From contig OZ245049.1 of the NCBI GenBank assembly GCA_965224465.1, forward strand, positions 690,001 through 722,000: a stretch of DNA of 32,000 nucleotides. The letters run 5' to 3'. The translations under genes and the position numbers were made by a program. The DNA comes from Flavobacteriaceae bacterium (GTDB lineage Bacteria > Bacteroidota > Bacteroidia > Flavobacteriales > Flavobacteriaceae). Below are positions 15,036-25,330 of this stretch, one piece after another; the stretch's first letter is position 1; the number at the start of each line of letters is the position of its first letter. Under the pieces are notes generated by a model. It did no database searches, had not been told where the DNA came from, and was given only the letters and a program-made list of their open reading frames with translations.

Positions 15036-15862
15036 TCCTCCAATATGTGCGTGTAAATCTGTGTACTATCCAACCTTTTATGACCTAAAAAATTACCGAT
15101 ATATTCTAACTCCATTCCTTGCTGTAAAAGATGTGTTGCAATGCTATGTCTTAAACTGTGTAGACTTGCTTTTTTAGTAATATTGGCTTTATTCATTAAC
15201 TTCTTTAATCTGCTGTTTAAATATTGTCCTGTTACTTGTGGTTTTGTTTTTCCAACTAATAAATAGTTACTTTCTGTATTGATTATCTCCCTTGCAAACT
15301 CAACATATTCTTTTAAATCTGCTATTACTTTTTGAGACATTGGAACATATCTACTTTGATAATTCTTACTTGGTTTTATGTACAATAATCCTTTGTTATA
15401 GTCTATTTCTTTAGGTTCTAAATTAATGCCTTCTTTACTTCTTAATCCACAACCATAGTAGATACTTAGCATTGCTTTATCAAATAAACCACTCGGACTG
15501 TGCCCATCAATTGAAGAAAAAAGTTGTTGTATTTCTAATTGATTAAAGATTACTTTTTCTGTTTTTATTTCTCTTTCTACTATAATTTTATTGACTGCTA
15601 ATTTCTGTTTTTTGGTCTTTTCTAAAAAGGCACTGTATCTATTTATTACGTTAATATGACCTTGTATATATTGTCTACTGGCTTTAGTTTGATGTAGGTC
15701 TTTTATGAAGTTTTCTATCTCTTTTTGATTAGGCTTTCTTTGGTTTAAATACTTGAAAAAATTAGCTAATAATCTTACATATCCTTTGATGGTGCTTTCT
15801 GCATAACCCAATCTTATCAACCAATTCTCAAAGTTTTCTAATTCTTCTTTTAAGTTTATCAT
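15011..15862 (-). CDS. Tyrosine recombinase/integrase, module 3
   Basis: ORF track, 283 aa, with GCGLRSKEG, HSLRHSIATHLL and LGHKRLDSTQIYTHI. The C-terminal tail (EEWKNTENG) differs from modules 1, 2 and 5. Confidence 0.9.
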   Translation of the reverse strand: MINLKEELENFENWLIRLGYAESTIKGYVRLLANFFKYLNQRKPNQKEIENFIKDLHQTKASRQYIQGHINVINRYSAFLEKTKKQKLAVNKIIVEREIKTEKVIFNQLEIQQLFSSIDGHSPSGLFDKAMLSIYYGCGLRSKEGINLEPKEIDYNKGLLYIKPSKNYQSRYVPMSQKVIADLKEYVEFAREIINTESNYLLVGKTKPQVTGQYLNSRLKKLMNKANITKKASLHSLRHSIATHLLQQGMELEYIGNFLGHKRLDSTQIYTHILEEWKNTENG

Positions 15863-15880
15863 CTTGTTTTGTAATTGGGT

Positions 15881-15895
15881 GTCGAACCTTTCGAC
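15881..15895 (-). other. Hairpin GTCGAA-CCT-TTCGAC (compensatory variant of 9166-9180)
   Basis: G to A in the left arm is matched by C to T in the right arm relative to module 2, so pairing is preserved. Confidence 0.5.
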
Positions 15896-15960
15896 AGGGG
15901 GTGCTGTGCATTTTGAGATTTTACTGGGCTACCTTTCTAATTCATTGATATACTTAACTT

Positions 15961-18540
15961 TTAGTTGCCCACTAACAGGGCTGGGCTACTGTGGTTTACT
16001 GGTTCACTGCGGAGAGCCTCCGCTGGCGTATTTTCTTTTCTTATATCTTCCAAAGCCTTATCTAATGCTGTTTCTATACTGTTTTTTAAGTTTTCGTATT
16101 CTTCTGTATTCAATAACTCATACTCGTAACCTCTTGCTCTGTTACCTCCAATTACACTTAAATATCCATATCTGTTTAAGTCTGATAAATGCCTGTTTAA
16201 TGTGGTTGGTGCAAAACGATATGCCTTTCTAATTTCTTTACTGTAAAAACTCTTTTTTTGATATTTAGATAAATACCCTTTAAGTAATTCCAAAAAATCT
16301 CGACACGCTTTTGTTAGTTCATCACTTTTAGCTAATAGTACCGTTTTTAATAGCTTATTGGCTTGTTCTATATCTTCTAAAGTCGTTTCGATATAATAGT
16401 TTCCTTGTTCGTCTTTTTTACGCTCTCGCTGGTATTGATGATAAAATGTTACCGTTTCTATAAAGCTTAAATAATGGGTGTTGGTTCTTAATGGTTTAAA
16501 AACTGTTTCGGGAATATTTAATAGTGTAGCGTAGGGATTTACAACTTTTACTTTCTCTAACAACCATTGTACATCTTTCAAAAATTCCCTGGCGTTATTC
16601 TCTTCTTGCTTGTTGATTTTTCCTGCTGAACTATTTTGTTGATAGCTCATAATTCCCTCTTTTTGTTCTTTTGAATTGTCTAAATAAATGAGTAAACTTC
16701 TGTTGGCATTATCTTCATAAATCTTTTCTTTGGTGGTTGTTCCTGCTAAACAAATTGGTCCTTCTACGGTTAGGGTCACGGTTTTTAGGTTTCCTTTGGC
16801 ATCTTTTATAGGAATAGTTTTACTTATTTTTCGTTTACTCATTAGCTCTCTTATAGCATACAGAATTTTATCATCTTGTGCTCCGTCCAGATCCTCAATT
16901 AGAACTAATTTATTTTTCAGTTCTGTTCTATCAAAATAGTATAAAGCATTTTCGGATAATGCTGTAATTTCTAATTTATGTTCTTCTGGTATCAGGTCTG
17001 ATATTTTTTCTTGTAGGTAGGTTTTCCCTGTTCCACTTGCTCCAAGACTTATAATGTGTAGCGGTTGTTCTCTTAATCTGCTCGTAAAAACCAAATACAT
17101 TAACAAACGATTATCAAACTCTCCAACCATTCCCGTTTTCCCGATTAAATCATTTGTGTTTTGTAGTAAATTCTCTCCTTTTAAGAACTCAATTGCCTTT
17201 TGTTTTCTTAGCTCTGTTAGTTCCCTTAATTTCTTCTTTTGTGGCTTCTGTGAATCAACTTGTCTTAACCTGTAATCTTCTAATAAATTAATCAACTCAA
17301 AAAGGGTGCTTTGTATTTCTCGTGTTCCTAACTCTAACCTTTCGGCTACTTTTCTTATAAATTTCTCCGTTGCATCATCATTGTATAAATCTAAATTACT
17401 TTGTCTAATGTTGTAGATTGGACTTGGATTATCTGTTCTTGTTATTCGTAAGGTTACTTTTAGCTTATCTAAACTGAATAGGTTTATTCCACCTAAAACG
17501 GCTACTAAAATATTGTTGTTTTGATATGTTATGTATTCTGAATTTGTAACATCTAAATTATTGCCTGCAGGTGCTACCTGCTCTGTTATAAATTCAGTTT
17601 CTGAACCAAATAAATTTATTCTTTCATTTATTAAATGCTCTAATATTTCGGAACTATGACTAATTACCAAACTATTTATATCTTCTCCTTGCGGACAATT
17701 AATTTTACTTATTGATAAATTATTGAGTAGTTGGTTTAGTGTTTTAGAATGTTCTTGTATTGCTTTTTCACCTGCTTCATCTCCATCAAAGAAAAATATC
17801 ACTTCTTGTAAATTCTCTATTCTTTTAATCGCCTCCAAGTGCAACTTGGTAAATCCATTTGTTCCATATAAAGCAAGTGTTTCATAGTTGGTATATTTCT
17901 GAAGTGTAGCACTATCAATTATACTTTCTGTAAGGATTATTACTTGTGTTTCTGCAGGTGGATATTTCGGATACAATCCTTTTCTGTTAGCTGTATAATA
18001 ATGCGTTCCTGTTTTGGCTATATTTCTGCCGTAGAGACTTACTATCTCGTTTTGCTCATTTTTGAGTGGGTAAACAATACAGTTTTTGAGTTGTTTAAAT
18101 TGAGTACCATTATTATACCCTTGCTCTAACTTTACATCATAGATTCCTCTTTCTTCTAAATAGGCAATTGCTTTTTTACTTCTGTGTAGGCTTTGTTTGA
18201 ATTTTGGAAATAGCTCTTCAAAATTTACATTCTCTATCTTTTCAAGTTTAGAAGTGCTCGTAATTTTTAATTCATCATTCGTAATTGACAAAAGGCTTTT
18301 CGCCTTTTGTATTGCTTTGTGTTTTGTACATTTCTCAAAATCTTGAATAAACTGTATTACATCTCCTGTTTTATCACAACCAAAACAAGTGTAAGTATTC
18401 GTTTCTGGGTAAATTCTTAAACTTGGTTTATCGTCTTTATGGAAAGGACACAAACAATGCTTGTTTTTATTCATTACAACACTGTACTCGTTTAGTACTG
18501 TAACTATGCTTAATTGCTCTTTAATTTGCTTGATTTCCAT
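15961..18540 (-). CDS. Primase-helicase-like replication protein (tail type 2)
   Basis: ORF track, 859 aa, same domain motifs. Variable linker after the Zn finger. Extra C-terminal residues encoded by a GCGGAG-AGC-CTCCGC hairpin-forming insert. Confidence 0.9.
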   Translation of the reverse strand: MEIKQIKEQLSIVTVLNEYSVVMNKNKHCLCPFHKDDKPSLRIYPETNTYTCFGCDKTGDVIQFIQDFEKCTKHKAIQKAKSLLSITNDELKITSTSKLEKIENVNFEELFPKFKQSLHRSKKAIAYLEERGIYDVKLEQGYNNGTQFKQLKNCIVYPLKNEQNEIVSLYGRNIAKTGTHYYTANRKGLYPKYPPAETQVIILTESIIDSATLQKYTNYETLALYGTNGFTKLHLEAIKRIENLQEVIFFFDGDEAGEKAIQEHSKTLNQLLNNLSISKINCPQGEDINSLVISHSSEILEHLINERINLFGSETEFITEQVAPAGNNLDVTNSEYITYQNNNILVAVLGGINLFSLDKLKVTLRITRTDNPSPIYNIRQSNLDLYNDDATEKFIRKVAERLELGTREIQSTLFELINLLEDYRLRQVDSQKPQKKKLRELTELRKQKAIEFLKGENLLQNTNDLIGKTGMVGEFDNRLLMYLVFTSRLREQPLHIISLGASGTGKTYLQEKISDLIPEEHKLEITALSENALYYFDRTELKNKLVLIEDLDGAQDDKILYAIRELMSKRKISKTIPIKDAKGNLKTVTLTVEGPICLAGTTTKEKIYEDNANRSLLIYLDNSKEQKEGIMSYQQNSSAGKINKQEENNAREFLKDVQWLLEKVKVVNPYATLLNIPETVFKPLRTNTHYLSFIETVTFYHQYQRERKKDEQGNYYIETTLEDIEQANKLLKTVLLAKSDELTKACRDFLELLKGYLSKYQKKSFYSKEIRKAYRFAPTTLNRHLSDLNRYGYLSVIGGNRARGYEYELLNTEEYENLKNSIETALDKALEDIRKENTPAEALRSEPVNHSSPALLVGN

Positions 18541-18574
18541 ACTCTAAAATATTTGGTTGTTAATTTCAACACCA

Positions 18575-18582
18575 CAAATATA
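18575..18582 (-). promoter_or_regulatory. Candidate -7 box (TATATTTG on the minus strand) for the primase operon
   Basis: Matches TAnnTTTG, about 34 nt upstream of the primase ATG (18540). Confidence 0.4.
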
Positions 18583-18655
18583 AAATATAGTTTCGATAAT
18601 AAAAACATAAATGTTTTTTAAATCAATACATTTTTGATAATATTTCTATTTAAGC

Positions 18656-18663
18656 TACTTTTG
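18656..18663 (+). promoter_or_regulatory. Candidate -7 box (TACTTTTG) for the XRE gene
   Basis: Matches TAnnTTTG only 4 nt before ATG 18668, which would imply a leaderless or near-leaderless mRNA. Confidence 0.4.
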
Positions 18664-18667
18664 TGTT

Positions 18668-19033
18668 ATGGATTTAGCAGAAAACATTAAAGCAATTAGA
18701 GAAGAAAAGGGTTTAAAACAGATTGAAGTAGCTGATTATATTGGTGTTGATAAATCCGCTTATAGTAAAATTGAAAAAGGTTCTCGTTCTTTGGCTATTG
18801 AGGAACTTCAAAAAATGGCACAGCTCTTTAATCTGACTACTGACCAAATTCTTAACTATGATGGTAACATACCTAAAGAGGTAACCATTGAAGATAAAAC
18901 CGCAGTAGAGCAAATGAGGTTGATACAAGAATTAGATGAAGAGGATAAACAAACTGTCTTTAAAATAATTGATAAGATGCTTACTACTAAGAAATTTAAA
19001 GACTTCTTTAATAAAAATGTAGCTACGCTTTGA
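18668..19033 (+). CDS. XRE/Cro-C1-type HTH regulator
   Basis: ORF track, 121 aa (IREEKGLKQIEVADYIGVDKSAYSKIEKGSR). Divergent from the primase gene. Confidence 0.85.
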   Translation: MDLAENIKAIREEKGLKQIEVADYIGVDKSAYSKIEKGSRSLAIEELQKMAQLFNLTTDQILNYDGNIPKEVTIEDKTAVEQMRLIQELDEEDKQTVFKIIDKMLTTKKFKDFFNKNVATL

Positions 19034-19129
19034 TTTTTATTTAGAATAAATATAAATTAAGTGTTTCTTACGATACAGTAAATATGCCTTATAGGTAGCA
19101 AATGTGCTATATAGGTGTCAAAGTTATTT

Positions 19130-19570
19130 TTAAGATAATTCGTTAAAGGAATTTTCATCTATAATAGTTTTTCCATCAACAAGAAGTAGCGCATTCAAAT
19201 GATTTGCCATTTTAAAAAAAATGTTTAAATCTTCTAATTTAGGAGTTCGTTCAAAATTTATACTTATCCAATTATTCCTTGAACTAAATCCTACATTAAT
19301 ATCATAATACCCTTTTTTGTCATTAAACTCAGCATAACAACTAACCTTATTTAAACTACCTAAAACACGCTCTCTGAAACCTTCTGGAACATTATCTATA
19401 TCCTTTAGTATTTCTATGCCATCTTTAGTATTTTCTTTCCAAATAAACTCACTCAAATGACTCTCAACAAAATCTACCCATTTTTCATAGTTTAAGGGTA
19501 ATGACTGAGTAAATACATCATCAATTGTGTTTATTGCTATTCTTAAATCTGTATTTCGGCTTAGTTTCAT
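19130..19570 (-). CDS. Putative immunity protein (family not recognised)
   Basis: ORF track, 146 aa. Its ATG overlaps the toxin stop by 1 nt (TAATG). No signal peptide visible. The call rests on position. Confidence 0.55.
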   Translation of the reverse strand: MKLSRNTDLRIAINTIDDVFTQSLPLNYEKWVDFVESHLSEFIWKENTKDGIEILKDIDNVPEGFRERVLGSLNKVSCYAEFNDKKGYYDINVGFSSRNNWISINFERTPKLEDLNIFFKMANHLNALLLVDGKTIIDENSFNELS

Positions 19571-20226
19571 TAGTTTATAAAATCTTCAAGTGCTTTAATT
19601 TCAAAAGTTATATCAGGATCAACTGTATTAAGTTTATTCATCCATTCCGTTTTCAATGTTGGCGTTATACTGGCTTTAGGCATATAGACATCAATTTTAG
19701 CATTTGTAATAAACATTGTTTTCCCATTGCTCACGAGACCTGTTGAAGGGTCTAGACCTTCTTTTAGAAATTTAATATTTTTCTGCATTGGTGCTGACGC
19801 TAACCAAGTATCAACATTTGTTGAAATAGTCGTTTTCATAGAAACAGCTGTATTTGCAAAAATTTGATTTGCTGTTTCTGTCCCTTTGTAAAAATCGATT
19901 CCTTTAAAGTTAAATGATATATCTCCTGTATGAAGCCACCCAGATGATTTAGTGTAACGATATTGTCCCATTACATCTTCAAAGAAACTTCTACCACCTA
20001 ACATATCAGGTATAGGATATTTCGTTTTCCAAATATCGTCTATGTGTTTAAGCTTATCAGATAAGGACTTGCTAATGAAGCCAGCCAAATCATCCACCGA
20101 GTTAGCCAATTCTTCAACACTATTACTACTTTTTTCAGTTGAAAAAAAAGTATCGTTTGCACTTAAATTTAGTGTCGAAAAAACACTAAGTACAACTAAT
20201 AGGAATATTTTAAATTGATTACTCAC
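19570..20226 (-). CDS. Secreted polymorphic toxin, body type C (possible PD-(D/E)xK-like nuclease)
   Basis: The ORF track gives 19570-20235 (TTG). GTG at 20226 is preferred by alignment with the paralogues. Shared leader. The body has GGRSFFEDV...GIDFY...AVSMKT, read by eye as E...D...SxK; the nuclease call is weak. Confidence 0.65.
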   Translation of the reverse strand: MSNQFKIFLLVVLSVFSTLNLSANDTFFSTEKSSNSVEELANSVDDLAGFISKSLSDKLKHIDDIWKTKYPIPDMLGGRSFFEDVMGQYRYTKSSGWLHTGDISFNFKGIDFYKGTETANQIFANTAVSMKTTISTNVDTWLASAPMQKNIKFLKEGLDPSTGLVSNGKTMFITNAKIDVYMPKASITPTLKTEWMNKLNTVDPDITFEIKALEDFIN

Positions 20227-20816
20227 AGATGACAAAGGTAACAGTTTTCTTAGTTTTTCTTTTTCTTCAATTGAAAAAAAAACTAAGGCTTGATTTTTTT
20301 ATAATTATTGCCTTGTCGAAATGTTGATTTTAAAACTAATGTTCTTGGCAATGATTATGAAAAAATGAGCATCCAAAGGGGTTTGGGGAATGGAAGATTC
20401 CCCATATAAATAAATCCTGCGTAGCAGACCTATTTTTTTAGTGTGTCGGCAAGTGTGGTGGATGTGTGGCTATTTTGCATAATACCAGTTATAATGACAT
20501 TTTTTTCAATTGAAAAGAAAATAATCAACTCGAAAAATGTGCGAAGCGAACTTATAACTTGTATTATGTAACTTAGCTTGGGGTTTAATTTTTTGGCATT
20601 GCTTTTTGTTCTGTGCGGTGGGGTAGCTGTTTGGTGTTGGCTTTTTTTATTTTCAAAAAAAACAATAACAAAGTGCTACTTGTGGAATGGCTTACAAAAA
20701 CTATGACAAAAAATTAAACAGAAGGGATGGCGAGCGGAACAAAAGGAAACACAAAGGCTTTTTGCTTTTTCTGCAAAAATTTGGGTTTACTTTTGTGGGG
20801 ATTTGTGCGGTGGATT
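20102..20816 (-). repeat. Leader + junction region, allele B (duplicate)
   Basis: Same as 13439-14153 at +6663. Palindromes at 20130-20149, 20266-20275 and 20505-20514. Hairpin at 20385-20403. Confidence 0.8.
20478..20568. repeat. Same 17-bp inverted repeat (duplicate of 13815-13905)
   Basis: Offset 6663. Confidence 0.75.
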
Positions 20817-21698
20817 TTATCCCAATGGATGAAACATTTCTATCTGTTTACTAAGGTTTTTCATATCCTTATTTCGGTACTTTTCTATATTCCCAACATT
20901 TTTATAGCCACTTAAATATTGTGTTTTTCTTAATCCATATAAATCTATCCAAATACCTATTCTTGATTGTTTGAGCTGGGTTAGTCTTTTGATATTTAGT
21001 GCTGGATTTTGTTCTCTAATTGTTTTTACTAATGCTTTTAATTGTTCGTGCACCCTCTGTTCTTTATTGACATTTGGATGAAATAGTTTTTCGCTTTCTT
21101 CTAAACTTACTTTTCCATTTCTTCCTATTCCTCTAAAGTTGGTTATGTAATCGTGTAATGGTATTATCTGATTGGCTTCTAATTTTACTACTCTACTATT
21201 TTTTCTTCTGATTCCTCCAGGTACTTTTATAATTCCTTTTTCTAAATCTAAATCGTCTAATTCTAAATTCATTAAATCTTGCTTGTCTAATGCTTGAAAA
21301 AGCATTAATCCTAATAGTAATTTATTGCTGTATTTAAAATAACCGTGTTTGGTCTTATCTTGATAATTGGTATAGATTTCTTGTAGTTCCTTTTCTGTTA
21401 ATAGTATGATTTGTTCTTGTGCTACTCCTCTTAATCTTACATTTAAAGCAATATTATCTATCCTTAAAAAATGGTAATAATGTTCTATTGCTCTAAGGGT
21501 TGTATTGATACTTGTTTTTGATTTCTCTTGATTCTGTAAATGTCCTATGTAGTTTAATAGTTGATTGTATTTTATGGTTTTTAGGGTTAGTTTATTAAGT
21601 TTTAACCAAATTGTAAAAAGTCCTATTCGCATTATAAAACCTTTGATACATTTCTCACTGTAATATCTATCAATTAACCATTTTCTGTATTCTTCCAT
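20817..21698 (-). CDS. Second, divergent tyrosine-recombinase-like protein (293-aa type), duplicate copy
   Basis: Translation identical to 14154-15035 (offset 6663). Confidence 0.8.
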   Translation of the reverse strand: MEEYRKWLIDRYYSEKCIKGFIMRIGLFTIWLKLNKLTLKTIKYNQLLNYIGHLQNQEKSKTSINTTLRAIEHYYHFLRIDNIALNVRLRGVAQEQIILLTEKELQEIYTNYQDKTKHGYFKYSNKLLLGLMLFQALDKQDLMNLELDDLDLEKGIIKVPGGIRRKNSRVVKLEANQIIPLHDYITNFRGIGRNGKVSLEESEKLFHPNVNKEQRVHEQLKALVKTIREQNPALNIKRLTQLKQSRIGIWIDLYGLRKTQYLSGYKNVGNIEKYRNKDMKNLSKQIEMFHPLG

Positions 21699-22525
21699 TC
21701 CTCCAATATGTGCGTGTAAATCTGTGTACTATCCAACCTTTTATGACCTAAAAAATTACCGATATATTCTAACTCCATTCCTTGCTGTAAAAGATGTGTT
21801 GCAATGCTATGTCTTAAACTGTGTAGACTTGCTTTTTTAGTAATATTGGCTTTATTCATTAACTTCTTTAATCTGCTGTTTAAATATTGTCCTGTTACTT
21901 GTGGTTTTGTTTTTCCAACTAATAAATAGTTACTTTCTGTATTGATTATCTCCCTTGCAAACTCAACATATTCTTTTAAATCTGCTATTACTTTTTGAGA
22001 CATTGGAACATATCTACTTTGATAATTCTTACTTGGTTTTATGTACAATAATCCTTTGTTATAGTCTATTTCTTTAGGTTCTAAATTAATGCCTTCTTTA
22101 CTTCTTAATCCACAACCATAGTAGATACTTAGCATTGCTTTATCAAATAAACCACTCGGACTGTGCCCATCAATTGAAGAAAAAAGTTGTTGTATTTCTA
22201 ATTGATTAAAGATTACTTTTTCTGTTTTTATTTCTCTTTCTACTATAATTTTATTGACTGCTAATTTCTGTTTTTTGGTCTTTTCTAAAAAGGCACTGTA
22301 TCTATTTATTACGTTAATATGACCTTGTATATATTGTCTACTGGCTTTAGTTTGATGTAGGTCTTTTATGAAGTTTTCTATCTCTTTTTGATTAGGCTTT
22401 CTTTGGTTTAAATACTTGAAAAAATTAGCTAATAATCTTACATATCCTTTGATGGTGCTTTCTGCATAACCCAATCTTATCAACCAATTCTCAAAGTTTT
22501 CTAATTCTTCTTTTAAGTTTATCAT
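21674..22525 (-). CDS. Tyrosine recombinase/integrase, module 4 (duplicate of module 3)
   Basis: Translation identical to 15011-15862. Confidence 0.9.
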   Translation of the reverse strand: MINLKEELENFENWLIRLGYAESTIKGYVRLLANFFKYLNQRKPNQKEIENFIKDLHQTKASRQYIQGHINVINRYSAFLEKTKKQKLAVNKIIVEREIKTEKVIFNQLEIQQLFSSIDGHSPSGLFDKAMLSIYYGCGLRSKEGINLEPKEIDYNKGLLYIKPSKNYQSRYVPMSQKVIADLKEYVEFAREIINTESNYLLVGKTKPQVTGQYLNSRLKKLMNKANITKKASLHSLRHSIATHLLQQGMELEYIGNFLGHKRLDSTQIYTHILEEWKNTENG

Positions 22526-22543
22526 CTTGTTTTGTAATTGGGT

Positions 22544-22558
22544 GTCGAACCTTTCGAC
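22544..22558 (-). other. Hairpin (duplicate of 15881-15895)
   Basis: Offset 6663. Confidence 0.5.
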
Positions 22559-22623
22559 AGGGGGTGCTGTGCATTTTGAGATTTTACTGGGCTACCTTTC
22601 TAATTCATTGATATACTTAACTT

Positions 22624-25203
22624 TTAGTTGCCCACTAACAGGGCTGGGCTACTGTGGTTTACTGGTTCACTGCGGAGAGCCTCCGCTGGCGTATTTTCTT
22701 TTCTTATATCTTCCAAAGCCTTATCTAATGCTGTTTCTATACTGTTTTTTAAGTTTTCGTATTCTTCTGTATTCAATAACTCATACTCGTAACCTCTTGC
22801 TCTGTTACCTCCAATTACACTTAAATATCCATATCTGTTTAAGTCTGATAAATGCCTGTTTAATGTGGTTGGTGCAAAACGATATGCCTTTCTAATTTCT
22901 TTACTGTAAAAACTCTTTTTTTGATATTTAGATAAATACCCTTTAAGTAATTCCAAAAAATCTCGACACGCTTTTGTTAGTTCATCACTTTTAGCTAATA
23001 GTACCGTTTTTAATAGCTTATTGGCTTGTTCTATATCTTCTAAAGTCGTTTCGATATAATAGTTTCCTTGTTCGTCTTTTTTACGCTCTCGCTGGTATTG
23101 ATGATAAAATGTTACCGTTTCTATAAAGCTTAAATAATGGGTGTTGGTTCTTAATGGTTTAAAAACTGTTTCGGGAATATTTAATAGTGTAGCGTAGGGA
23201 TTTACAACTTTTACTTTCTCTAACAACCATTGTACATCTTTCAAAAATTCCCTGGCGTTATTCTCTTCTTGCTTGTTGATTTTTCCTGCTGAACTATTTT
23301 GTTGATAGCTCATAATTCCCTCTTTTTGTTCTTTTGAATTGTCTAAATAAATGAGTAAACTTCTGTTGGCATTATCTTCATAAATCTTTTCTTTGGTGGT
23401 TGTTCCTGCTAAACAAATTGGTCCTTCTACGGTTAGGGTCACGGTTTTTAGGTTTCCTTTGGCATCTTTTATAGGAATAGTTTTACTTATTTTTCGTTTA
23501 CTCATTAGCTCTCTTATAGCATACAGAATTTTATCATCTTGTGCTCCGTCCAGATCCTCAATTAGAACTAATTTATTTTTCAGTTCTGTTCTATCAAAAT
23601 AGTATAAAGCATTTTCGGATAATGCTGTAATTTCTAATTTATGTTCTTCTGGTATCAGGTCTGATATTTTTTCTTGTAGGTAGGTTTTCCCTGTTCCACT
23701 TGCTCCAAGACTTATAATGTGTAGCGGTTGTTCTCTTAATCTGCTCGTAAAAACCAAATACATTAACAAACGATTATCAAACTCTCCAACCATTCCCGTT
23801 TTCCCGATTAAATCATTTGTGTTTTGTAGTAAATTCTCTCCTTTTAAGAACTCAATTGCCTTTTGTTTTCTTAGCTCTGTTAGTTCCCTTAATTTCTTCT
23901 TTTGTGGCTTCTGTGAATCAACTTGTCTTAACCTGTAATCTTCTAATAAATTAATCAACTCAAAAAGGGTGCTTTGTATTTCTCGTGTTCCTAACTCTAA
24001 CCTTTCGGCTACTTTTCTTATAAATTTCTCCGTTGCATCATCATTGTATAAATCTAAATTACTTTGTCTAATGTTGTAGATTGGACTTGGATTATCTGTT
24101 CTTGTTATTCGTAAGGTTACTTTTAGCTTATCTAAACTGAATAGGTTTATTCCACCTAAAACGGCTACTAAAATATTGTTGTTTTGATATGTTATGTATT
24201 CTGAATTTGTAACATCTAAATTATTGCCTGCAGGTGCTACCTGCTCTGTTATAAATTCAGTTTCTGAACCAAATAAATTTATTCTTTCATTTATTAAATG
24301 CTCTAATATTTCGGAACTATGACTAATTACCAAACTATTTATATCTTCTCCTTGCGGACAATTAATTTTACTTATTGATAAATTATTGAGTAGTTGGTTT
24401 AGTGTTTTAGAATGTTCTTGTATTGCTTTTTCACCTGCTTCATCTCCATCAAAGAAAAATATCACTTCTTGTAAATTCTCTATTCTTTTAATCGCCTCCA
24501 AGTGCAACTTGGTAAATCCATTTGTTCCATATAAAGCAAGTGTTTCATAGTTGGTATATTTCTGAAGTGTAGCACTATCAATTATACTTTCTGTAAGGAT
24601 TATTACTTGTGTTTCTGCAGGTGGATATTTCGGATACAATCCTTTTCTGTTAGCTGTATAATAATGCGTTCCTGTTTTGGCTATATTTCTGCCGTAGAGA
24701 CTTACTATCTCGTTTTGCTCATTTTTGAGTGGGTAAACAATACAGTTTTTGAGTTGTTTAAATTGAGTACCATTATTATACCCTTGCTCTAACTTTACAT
24801 CATAGATTCCTCTTTCTTCTAAATAGGCAATTGCTTTTTTACTTCTGTGTAGGCTTTGTTTGAATTTTGGAAATAGCTCTTCAAAATTTACATTCTCTAT
24901 CTTTTCAAGTTTAGAAGTGCTCGTAATTTTTAATTCATCATTCGTAATTGACAAAAGGCTTTTCGCCTTTTGTATTGCTTTGTGTTTTGTACATTTCTCA
25001 AAATCTTGAATAAACTGTATTACATCTCCTGTTTTATCACAACCAAAACAAGTGTAAGTATTCGTTTCTGGGTAAATTCTTAAACTTGGTTTATCGTCTT
25101 TATGGAAAGGACACAAACAATGCTTGTTTTTATTCATTACAACACTGTACTCGTTTAGTACTGTAACTATGCTTAATTGCTCTTTAATTTGCTTGATTTC
25201 CAT
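22624..25203 (-). CDS. Primase-helicase-like replication protein (duplicate of module 3)
   Basis: Translation identical to 15961-18540. Confidence 0.9.
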   Translation of the reverse strand: MEIKQIKEQLSIVTVLNEYSVVMNKNKHCLCPFHKDDKPSLRIYPETNTYTCFGCDKTGDVIQFIQDFEKCTKHKAIQKAKSLLSITNDELKITSTSKLEKIENVNFEELFPKFKQSLHRSKKAIAYLEERGIYDVKLEQGYNNGTQFKQLKNCIVYPLKNEQNEIVSLYGRNIAKTGTHYYTANRKGLYPKYPPAETQVIILTESIIDSATLQKYTNYETLALYGTNGFTKLHLEAIKRIENLQEVIFFFDGDEAGEKAIQEHSKTLNQLLNNLSISKINCPQGEDINSLVISHSSEILEHLINERINLFGSETEFITEQVAPAGNNLDVTNSEYITYQNNNILVAVLGGINLFSLDKLKVTLRITRTDNPSPIYNIRQSNLDLYNDDATEKFIRKVAERLELGTREIQSTLFELINLLEDYRLRQVDSQKPQKKKLRELTELRKQKAIEFLKGENLLQNTNDLIGKTGMVGEFDNRLLMYLVFTSRLREQPLHIISLGASGTGKTYLQEKISDLIPEEHKLEITALSENALYYFDRTELKNKLVLIEDLDGAQDDKILYAIRELMSKRKISKTIPIKDAKGNLKTVTLTVEGPICLAGTTTKEKIYEDNANRSLLIYLDNSKEQKEGIMSYQQNSSAGKINKQEENNAREFLKDVQWLLEKVKVVNPYATLLNIPETVFKPLRTNTHYLSFIETVTFYHQYQRERKKDEQGNYYIETTLEDIEQANKLLKTVLLAKSDELTKACRDFLELLKGYLSKYQKKSFYSKEIRKAYRFAPTTLNRHLSDLNRYGYLSVIGGNRARGYEYELLNTEEYENLKNSIETALDKALEDIRKENTPAEALRSEPVNHSSPALLVGN

Positions 25204-25237
25204 ACTCTAAAATATTTGGTTGTTAATTTCAACACCA

Positions 25238-25245
25238 CAAATATA
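25238..25245 (-). promoter_or_regulatory. Candidate -7 box (duplicate of 18575-18582)
   Basis: Offset 6663. Confidence 0.4.
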
Positions 25246-25318
25246 AAATATAGTTTCGATAATAAAAACATAAATGTTTTTTAAATCAATACATTTTTGA
25301 TAATATTTCTATTTAAGC

Positions 25319-25326
25319 TACTTTTG
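25319..25326 (+). promoter_or_regulatory. Candidate -7 box (duplicate of 18656-18663)
   Basis: Offset 6663. Confidence 0.4.
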
Positions 25327-25330
25327 TGTT

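Larger units (their letters stand above)
13439..20101 (-). mobile_element. Module 3 (6663 bp): toxin-C body, immunity, XRE, primase, recombinase pair, junction, leader
   Basis: Bounded by the leader break points at 13439 and 20102. Confidence 0.55.

Noticed and set aside
15864-16232. 122-aa + strand ORF (and its duplicate at 22527-22895) spanning the recombinase-primase spacer and the primase 3' end.
   Set aside because: It overlaps the primase CDS in antisense, has no recognisable motifs and is not conserved as an ORF in modules 1, 2 or 5.
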